NCBI RefSeq assembly: GCF_000150275.1
Contig: NW_002060943.1
Location: 7,060,299 to 7,124,298 of the forward strand
DNA: 64,000 nucleotides
Source: Trichoplax adhaerens
Taxonomy: Eukaryota > Animalia > Placozoa
Direction of reading: 5' to 3'
Part shown: in pieces, positions 54,688 to 64,000 of the stretch
Numbering within the stretch: position 1 is the first letter of the stretch
Layout: each line of letters opens with the position of its first letter
Position numbers and translations under genes: made by a program
Notes under the pieces: generated by a model
Seen by the model: the letters and a program-made list of their open reading frames with translations, nothing else
What the model was told of the DNA's origin: nothing
Databases searched by the model: none

Positions 54688-57600
54688 TTATCTATATTTT
54701 CATCTGTTCCATGTTGTTGTTTATTCACCTTATTTTGTACCTTTGCAGGTGGATCTACATGAACAGAGATCTTAGAGTTATTCGATGCTAGAAAGACTTC
54801 ATCATCATAGTCATCTTGTGATTCTGCGCTTGCATGACTGGAATTATCATGTGCTGGAAAACCTTTATTGGCATGGATAGTAGAGCGCTGTTTGTTCATA
54901 CCTGCATTGGCCGAAGTAGACATATTGGGATTTATATACATGCTTACTTGACTCTTTTTATTGGATTCTGAGGGTTTCAATTCCCCTTGTTGATTTCTCT
55001 TTTCCTTATTTGAATTCATAGAGTTCCGACTTGCCTTATTATCTTGTAGAACTGGAGGTTTTGATCTCTGACTAGATGAATCTTTTTTAACATTAACATC
55101 AGTTGAAGAAGTCGATTTATCATGAATTGAGCTTTTCTTTATGGCTGGTGGGATCGAATGATGAGAATCATGATGAGAGATTCCATTATTTATTTGATTT
55201 ATTGGTTGATGTGTTAATTTCATGCTTGCTTTTTTCAACGGTTTTATAGTATCATTATCGGAGATTTGTTTTGGTGAATTCGGTTGACCTCGATGACCGC
55301 TTAATGAATCTTGGATCGTATTCGACAAATTGCGATGAGACATTGTCGGCCCGTCATCAATCGAAATATGATCCGATCGATTAGCTATCATTGCATTAGT
55401 TGTACTAGCTATAATTTCTTTTTGGTTGTTAGATGAAACATCAGCCTGTTTTTGAATATCAGTCTGATTCTTTTTTTCAGGCATACCAGCTGAGCTTGAT
55501 AGCTTAACTTGCTGCTTTGTACCTATATTACGTGATATTTCAGCTTGATCATGAACATTCGCCGATCTACTGTTACCTTCTTTCTTAACACTAGAATTAT
55601 TTTTTTCCTGATTTCGATACAGCTGAGTTGATTCTTTCTCACTGGATCTACTATGCATGGCCTGCTGATTATACAGAACCTTGGTTTGAGCATCTTGACT
55701 AATTGCTTCGTTCTCAGGCATGCTGGAATTCTGTCCATCTAAATTGCTATTATAGCGATGAGTTATTTCTTGCTGATCTGATGTATCGTGGACAGACTGC
55801 TGCTTCTGCATAGGTTTGATTATCGCCTGGCTAGCAATGATCTCATTTGTAGCAGAATTTTGCCTTTCTAATGGATTACTACAATGATCGACTGACTTTT
55901 GTTGATTTATATCTTGTCTTTCTAACTGATAATTGAGAGAATTAGATATTTGATTCACTTTAGCAATGCCAGAATTTTGTCGTTCTGTTAGTTGATTCTG
56001 TTGATTATTTGACTCATGTATATTTGATTCGTCGTGTATAGATTGTTGTTTACGTAAAGTTTTGACTGTAGCACCATGAATTATTCCACTTTCTTCAATG
56101 TGAGTCTGATCTCTTGCCAATGGACTTTGATGAGAACTCTTTTCTCCTTTATAGGACGAATCATGTCTTAACAGCTGATTATGTATGGTATTAGTCATAA
56201 CAGTGTTGGTAGATGGAGAATTATTATGGGTATATTGAGCCGAGTTGGCTGGATTAGAAATGCTGTCTTCATCAATTGGATGGCTGTACGATCTGGTAGT
56301 ATCATCATATGAAGGTGAATTTATTTGAGCATCTGGTAGATAGTCATATTGTGGAAGTTTCCTTTGACTAGTTTCTGTCAAAGTTGATGTATTGACAGTA
56401 GGTTGTTGATGCTCTACAGTTACTACACGATCTCCTCTATCTGATAGGATAGATGAAGAAACTACAGATGCAGAAACTAACGAATTATCAGCATTTTGTT
56501 GTATGGCTTCTTTTACCTCTGGTTTTGGACTATTTTGATCAGAGTTTCTTCTCTCAATTTCTTCCCTTGTCTCTATGGGATCTTCATTCTCTGCTAAAGC
56601 AATCGTGGAAATTAAAGTAGCAGCAGCTATCGATTCCTCGAGATTTCGCTTTGCAATCTCATCCGCTGTTGCTTTTGGACTAGGTTGACCATGATGTTTC
56701 AAACTACTTCTTCCAGGGGTAGCATTAGGACGAGGGTTTGATTTTACAGAATAAAATCGAGTAAGGGATGGACTGCGACCGACATTACGATACTGACTAG
56801 AAATATCACTATTTTTATCATCTTTTACCGCTTCTTTATCATTAGTTGCTCCCTTTTCATGAATTGTAGGCATGTAAGCAAAGTGGACTTTCTTAGAATT
56901 GATTCTATTGATGTTATTACTATAACTTGGCTTAACATCTTGCTGGTCAAAATTAAAATTTTCTTGGCCGATATCTTGTTGGTCAGTATTGGAATCTTCT
57001 TGCCCGATATGACTTTCGTGAATAACTGTAATATCATTAATTAAGTTTTTATGGTCCTTACTATCTCCCCACCTAATGAGTAATATTGGATAGGTAATGT
57101 TAATATATCTAGTTGTCGATTAGAGTAGATAACAAATAATACCATAAAGTTATTCTACCGATATATCATCTTCTATTCGATCACACGTTCTATTAAAACA
57201 GATTACTAACCTGTTGACATTATTATAACTATTTTGGCTACTATTATCGGCTGAATAAGCAGAATCTCCATCGCTATACCTTTCGTCTGAAGAGCTTGAT
57301 TATAGAATTAAAGATCAATAATACGCATGATATTAACATTAAAGATTTTTTTCTTGTTATTATAAAATTATAATTAACCTTAATCACTCAGTGCTGTAAT
57401 AGCATCGTAGTTATCGATTAATATCGTACAAGTTATCAACATTAAGAGTTTATTCTTCTTATTATAAAATATTAATTAGCATGAATCACTTAATATTATA
57501 ATAGCATTAAAGATATTGATTAATAATATACTAGTTATTAGCACGAAAGGTTTTAAGCTTCTTGTTATTGTAAAACTATGATTAGCTTTAATCACTTAAA

Positions 57601-60600
57601 TATAGTTATAGTATTTAAGAGTTAATTACTTTATAGTTGATTAAATCGTAAATAAATGAAAATAAACTATCGAATTAACGAATCATAACAGCTTTCATTA
57701 ACATAACCAATAAATTATAAGAGCGTCTTAGTTTAGATGGCCTTATAACGGTTAATTTATTATCCACAATTTGATAAAATTAGAAGTTGCAGTATGTTTT
57801 AAATACAGCCTTCTTTAGCTCATGTCAACTCTTACCTATGATTGTAGCGACCTGCACCCCACCTGGAAGTATTATTTCTAGGAATGCCTCTTGCACTGGA
57901 TGCAGACATAGCAACAACTTTATTGCCATGACTAAATAGAGATCGAGCGACAATAGGTTAGCTTTCTTAATGTGTATTCACGATAAAACTATTCACCATA
58001 GTAAAAGTTTACGCCTTATGTTAGAAAAGTAGATCAATTAACTGAAATTTCTATGTAAATGGCAAGTTAAGCCGTGATAAATAAATACTAAGATACTTCA
58101 CTTTCAATGATATATTATAGTAGTCAGTGAGATATAAATGCAGTATGAATTAGAAATTACAGTGATCTTTCCAGTCTTGTTACAACTCTTCCAATGCTCC
58201 TATGTCTTCTAAGATGGATTCGTATCTATAAAATCAAGAATGTTCTTAGATACTTTCCTGTAAGGGCTGCTATTTTATTTTTAGTCTGAAACATATATTA
58301 ATACTATCGGCATTCCTACAATAAATCCAATCACATCCCTTATAAAAGATGTGAGGTTCAATTTATTGCAAAATAGATTACGACTAATACTACAGTAATG
58401 ATTCAAACGTACGAGTAAATTACCTGTAGCTCAAGCACTATATGCAGAACTTATAAAAAGTATTAGATTCAATTTATTGCAGAATATATTAGGCCTATGC
58501 ATATAACATTAAAAACATAAATACCCGTGGATCAAGAACTACGTGCAGGATAAATACCAGTATTCCCTAATTGCAAGTAAAATGGAAAGTTATAAACCGA
58601 GGTCAAATAAGTAAAATATGTAAGGAACATTATTACATCTACTAAGCACCAACTCTACACCTTTGCAATACCTGCGATGCAGTTATAACAGCAAAAATAA
58701 TAGCTGCTATATCAGTCGTAGCTCCACTGAATGCTAACGGTCCACCAAGCCACCCAATTCCAAGTAATGGCAATAAGACTGCAAGAGCTCTGAGCGATGC
58801 TCTTAGGTTTGTTAAAAGTGGACATAACAATTAATTAATCTCTTTCAATCTCCTCAATAATATTAGAAATGGTTCTTTAAAAGCTACATCTACTGAAGTA
58901 GTCAATGCATCTCTTTATTGGTAAATAGGAAAATAAAATTTTACTTACTTGACTTTATTTTTCTCGTTCTTAGTTGCGAGAAAGGAGTCCAGAGTAAGTA
59001 GTGATTTCAAAGTTAAGCTCATGTAAATGATAATAATCTGTGATAAAGTATCAAATAAAATTGCATTTATTTGGCGAATTAAGCATACTATGATCTTGGA
59101 AGAATGTTCATTTCCAATGCAAATTATAAGCAGCGATCGATAACGTTCCGATTCTTACTTACCATTATAATTACTACCCCTGGAGCAGCAAGTGCAAATA
59201 TACTATAATTACCATCGGTATTCATCCAGCAACTAGATTTATTTTGTGCAAATGAATGCATAGAATCATTGTATGGAGTGCAAAAAATAGCAATACTACA
59301 ACATATTTATTACTTTGATATGCGTATTATTATAAATCAACATGCCATCTTATGCCAGATAAAAAAAGTAAAATTCTCAGCCTACTTTGCATTTGTCGCA
59401 CCATCACCATAAGCTGAATCTCCTAGAATCGCCATAGTAGTACCAACTACAACAAATGGAACGACTGCAATTGGTCAAAAAATGAAAATAATGATTTAGA
59501 ATACTTTTTATCTTGAAAAAGTGTGCCAGTAATAGTTACTAGAAAATCAATCATTACTTGAAATCAATAAGGCTATTGTACAAAAAGAAATATTTAAATC
59601 CAAACATAATTTAGGACTTAGATGTTACTATTAGCGGAAAATTCGTCGATGTGAACTTGAAAACAGTAAGTAGTTTTAAGATTTTTAATTTATTCTATAC
59701 AAACGCGCTGCAGTAGCAATTGCTAATAGGCAAAAAATTGTTTCTACTTAATTCTTACTGATTAGTAAATACTGCTATTAAACTGAAAATATACCAAAGT
59801 TGACACGGAATGTTAATAATATCTGATAATGAACAAATCAATTTGCTCTTTCTAGAATTTATAACATTTGAAGAGCCATCTTTGACATGCTAATTTACGT
59901 TTGGACAAATATACTTACGCCCTGTAATAGCGATACAGATTTTAAATTATAACCACAATTAAGCAATCATTAGCAAGCTAACTAGCTATTCAGTAGATCA
60001 TTTTAGTAATATGCCGACGATGATTTTAAAATGCCAAGTGATTTATCTAAGGCCTATCAGCATTACTTACCTATGTTGGCTAGAAAATACCAATGAACCT
60101 TAATTGGTTTCAATGTTAGTTTTTTCAAAGTAATGTAGATGATGATACTTTCAGTTAGCATCCAACAAAAAGTGTAAATAACAAAGTAATGTAAAATTGC
60201 CCCAATAATAACACATCCAACCTAAATTTTTTACAGGAAACAAATATTGAATTACTGCTATAATTAACGGCAAGTATGTAGTTTATTTTTATGTAGAGAA
60301 ATTTACCCTACTATGACGAACTAATTCCTTATCAATTCCTATCACCATCATAGTATTGAGTAGTAAAAGTGATATAGCTATGCTAGTATGGGATATGATA
60401 ATACCAATTCTAAATGTTTTCCTAATGGTAGATTGAAAAAGTTATAAATATAATGAAATAAATAATTTTTAAGTTGAAAAGCAATGGATCAATTTATTTT
60501 TCATACAAATATGTTAAAAATTTTAATAAGAAAAGTTATAACTACTTACTTCCATAATATTGAATAGCATATTAACGTGATTACAAGCCATGTAATTGAT

Positions 60601-63600
60601 ATTGCACTCCCAATATAGCTCGAGATTCTAACGCTTCGAACGGAATTAATTACCTATAGGGATGAATATATACTTCAGCTAGGAAAGGAAACACTTGTTA
60701 CAATCAAACTTTTTACAGTCTTAAATTACTTTTTAATATCGTTAATCATTTAAATATCAATTAACTTACTGGTAAAGGCTGCAATAATACCGAAAAACTA
60801 GTTAAATGATCACATTGGCAGACCACATGACTTTGATTATATTCGGAAGCATTGCAACCCGATGGAGACCAAATATTATCAACACTATCGTAAAATGATA
60901 CATGATATAATTAGAAAATCTGAGTATTTTCACATTACTAACTTAAGTGAAGGTATATAATCTGTTCTAGTTAATATCTTTCACTATAACAGAAATTAAT
61001 AGTTTTGAATAAGAGGAAATAATGAAAATGTCTTTTCAAGTCGTATAGAATTACCTTGCACTAGTGTTCCAATAAACGCAGATAGGAGAACCTTGATTGC
61101 TAGCACTAAGCTGATTATTCTATTATAAACCCATTAGAAATTAATTAAAATATATTTTCGAAAGTAATAACTCGAATGAGTAAATCGTCGCTGAAGTAAA
61201 CCTACCAGTTTAAAGGTAATGGTAACAGGCAATTCGAGGTCGTTTGACGGACTACCACTGATAGTTGCAGATACAACTTTTGCTACAGTATTCTGTCTCC
61301 ATGTTGAACTATCGTTAGAAAATTTCATTAATTCTATTAGCTACGAAATTAATTTACTGTAATGAGATCATCCTAGCTAACAAACAAAAATATTGTCAAA
61401 TATCGAGTAATAATTAAAAATTTAATCCAATAACCTCGTAACTAGCTGGCTGAGGATTATTCCCAGCGTTTTAAACTGATACGTTGTTACTTTAACCTTG
61501 TTACCTGATACAGTTTAATCCAACAAAACAGTTCGAAAAAGTAATTTTAATTAGTTATAACCGTAAATTTAATATATCTGAAATTTAGAAATTGAAAAAA
61601 GTAAGATATTTCTATCATCTCTCATTACACAATACCTATGAAAATTGTTTCAGGTAACTGAATGCTGGTATCAGTATAGGAATTTGTAAAAGAATCGGTC
61701 AGATTTTCTACTACATTAGAATTTCCATCTGCATCATTGGCAACGAAATTAATAGTAAGTACCTTGTCATATCTCCTATTAATCGAGTCTATACTGACAT
61801 TTAATTAGTATATGAGTACGTAAATTATATAATGTAAGAAATAGAATTTAATTATATCAGTTGCTATCATTAGCCTTACGCTGCTTGTCAATTATGGAGG
61901 TAAATAGAAAATATTTATATTTTATATGAGCTAACTAACTAACCAACATTTAATGTCTTGGTGGTAATCGTTTCACTGCTTTTATCCAGTAGATCAAAGC
62001 AAAATGTATTCAAGTTGTCAATAACTTGGCGTAAATGTTTCTGAAATGGAAGTGATACAGTGAAATATTTCATTAGTATTAGTTACATCCAATATCATAC
62101 CTAGAACACTTTGATCTAATTTATTAGAAGTAATACTGGGCGGATATCTGCTATCGAATGTTTATATATCATTCATTTTAAACCATAATTCAGTATTTAC
62201 AACAGTAACTACAAACTGTAGCGAAATTTCCAAATTATCTGATATCGTTAAGTTCCTATTTAATAAGCGTTATCTGCTACAGGTATCGATATATTAGACG
62301 CTAAGACATTGTAAGGGAAATACGAATATATTCGTTTTTATACGGTACATATTACGATTTATTCTGCAGATACACATTTTATAATTTGATCTATTGAAAA
62401 TATCCAAGAAATCTGCCTTGAGCAAAAGCTACTTATTTGCCATATAGTTAGATCTGTATGAATTTTAAGCTAGACATTTTTAATTTAGTCTATACCACAA
62501 GTGAAACCGAGTAGAGTCTTTCTATATGCTCATTTGCTAATATTTTACAAGTTTTAACAGATTCAATATTCTGGACCGGATATGAAGTAAATTTCTAATC
62601 AGAAGTTGTATCAAGACTTAATCTCATTCCTTCGGTTTACGTTAACTACATCTTACTATGGCTGTTCGTTTCCAAGATTGAATATTGGACTCCGCTAGGA
62701 TATTACTGGTGGTTTGAAAGAAATTCTAGAAAGAATAATTATAGTTGCATATATTAAATATAGAATTTAATATTATAGAATGATTGTATGTTCGATTACT
62801 TTGGATTACTGACTTAAAATGAGCTAGATAGAATTTAATGATTGTAATCACTTATAACTGCTATTGAGCAGAGTTTTCAAAGTTCTATAATGATAAAATT
62901 TCCGATATTTTTAATAATTGCTACAAAATGAACTAAAATAGGATTTTGACAGCTGAATATTATAATATTACATCTTCAATTAATGGTAGCTGAGCAGATG
63001 GTGTCCCATTCTTAATTCTTTTAATAGCAATATCCATAATAATATTACTCCGTATCAAGTTGCCAGGTTTGACGTTAGTTATACTCCCATTGTTCATTTG
63101 AGCTGTAATAATATTCAGTTGCCCTAATAAATTCATCGTTGTGGAAACGCCTGGCGGAGAGTTAGCTGACTATAAAAAGAAAGTTTTACCATGATAAAGG
63201 CATTAATTCGAAAGATAAATGATCATCTATTGAGATTCAAGAGCAAATATTATTAAATGAAGATAATTACCGCAAATACAGTATATAATACACCTTTCAA
63301 ATATCAAATTTGTACAAGTTAAGCTTAATGATGTAGTAATAATTGATTTAAATCATAGTTTACAATCAAATAAAAAGAATTATACATACATGTATTAACT
63401 TTAACAAATATAAGTAGCACAGAGTTTGAATCAAATTTTCAAATGCCATTTCTTAGTAACTTGGAATATGGTGAATAATAGACAATATATTGAAAAATAA
63501 TTTTAACGTTCTACATCTTTTGCATGGCTTCGTAAGTTAACTTGCCTGAAATTGCAACTTCCAAAATTCTGGAGACGCACAATTATCGATGTTAGCCTCT

Positions 63601-64000
63601 TGCCATATTCCGCTACTACTACAATAGCGGGTAGCTATCCCTAATGAAGAACAAAGCTGAAAATTTCGGTATGAATGATTATGAATTAAACTAATTTAAG
63701 CTGCCGATATAAAGGGAGGCATATCTCTATTCAAATTTGTATAGTAGCCGTTCCAATTGTAGAAACAGTCTGTAATAAATATCTCAGTTGCAAAGATTAC
63801 TTCAGGATAGAGTATCTCATCATTTTATCTCGCGGAGACGCATAGTAGATAGAAAAATAATTTCACATTGGTATCTTTTGTTTATAATTCACGACGAAAT
63901 GATGGATAAATACAAATTATAGCTATGAAATGTAGACTAAAAGACTGAAGATATTACAGGCTATTAGTCTAAAGTTTAAATTTATTAATTAACTTTAAGT
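54660..64000 (-). CDS. Adhesion GPCR (HormR-GAIN/GPS-7TM, ADGRD/ADGRL-like) with a ~880-aa low-complexity cytoplasmic tail; 5' end probably outside the window
   Basis: HormR exon 63641-63546 (ATRYCSSSGIWQEANIDNCAS); GAIN (KVVSATI...LPVTITFK); GPS (WSPSGC...VVCQCDHLTSFSVLLQ, ~60775-60880); 7TM (GCVIIGAILHYFVIYTFCWMLTESI; RALAVLLPLLGIGWLGG; QGILVFILHVVLD). Exons 58225-58161, 57931-57836 and 57294-57211 splice in phase into a terminal exon from 57072 that contains the 737-aa ORF. Confidence 0.92.
57331..57620. repeat. Intronic AT-rich tandem repeat, ~3 diverged copies, period ~102-106 bp
   Basis: ttctt.ttatt.taaaa...aatcact...atag motif with aatcact at 57382, 57484 and 57590. Confidence 0.8.

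Overview
AT-rich eukaryotic (animal) genomic DNA with many short (~70-120 bp) GT-AG introns; the compact intron-rich layout and very divergent Dicer suggest an early-branching metazoan such as a placozoan (inference only). Gene order: two tandem SRCR-MAM single-pass receptors (+), an intronless SLC35G/EamA transporter (+), a 4-copy array of pre-miRNA-sized hairpins, a divergent Dicer (+), a probable orphan secreted gene (-), spastizin/ZFYVE26 (+), FICD/HYPE (-), a decayed multi-exon relic (-), an SNX9/18/33-family sorting nexin (+), and a 5'-truncated adhesion GPCR (-). Two things stand out. (1) The Dicer has a degenerate helicase and an intact RNase IIIa, but both catalytic glutamates of RNase IIIb are Ala, predicting a one-strand nickase; it sits ~400 bp downstream of the hairpin array. 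(2) The ~880-aa cytoplasmic tail of the adhesion GPCR is joined to a tandem-RRM module by a -1 frame offset at an A7 run. Exon boundaries were read by eye and family assignments rest on remembered motifs, not database searches.
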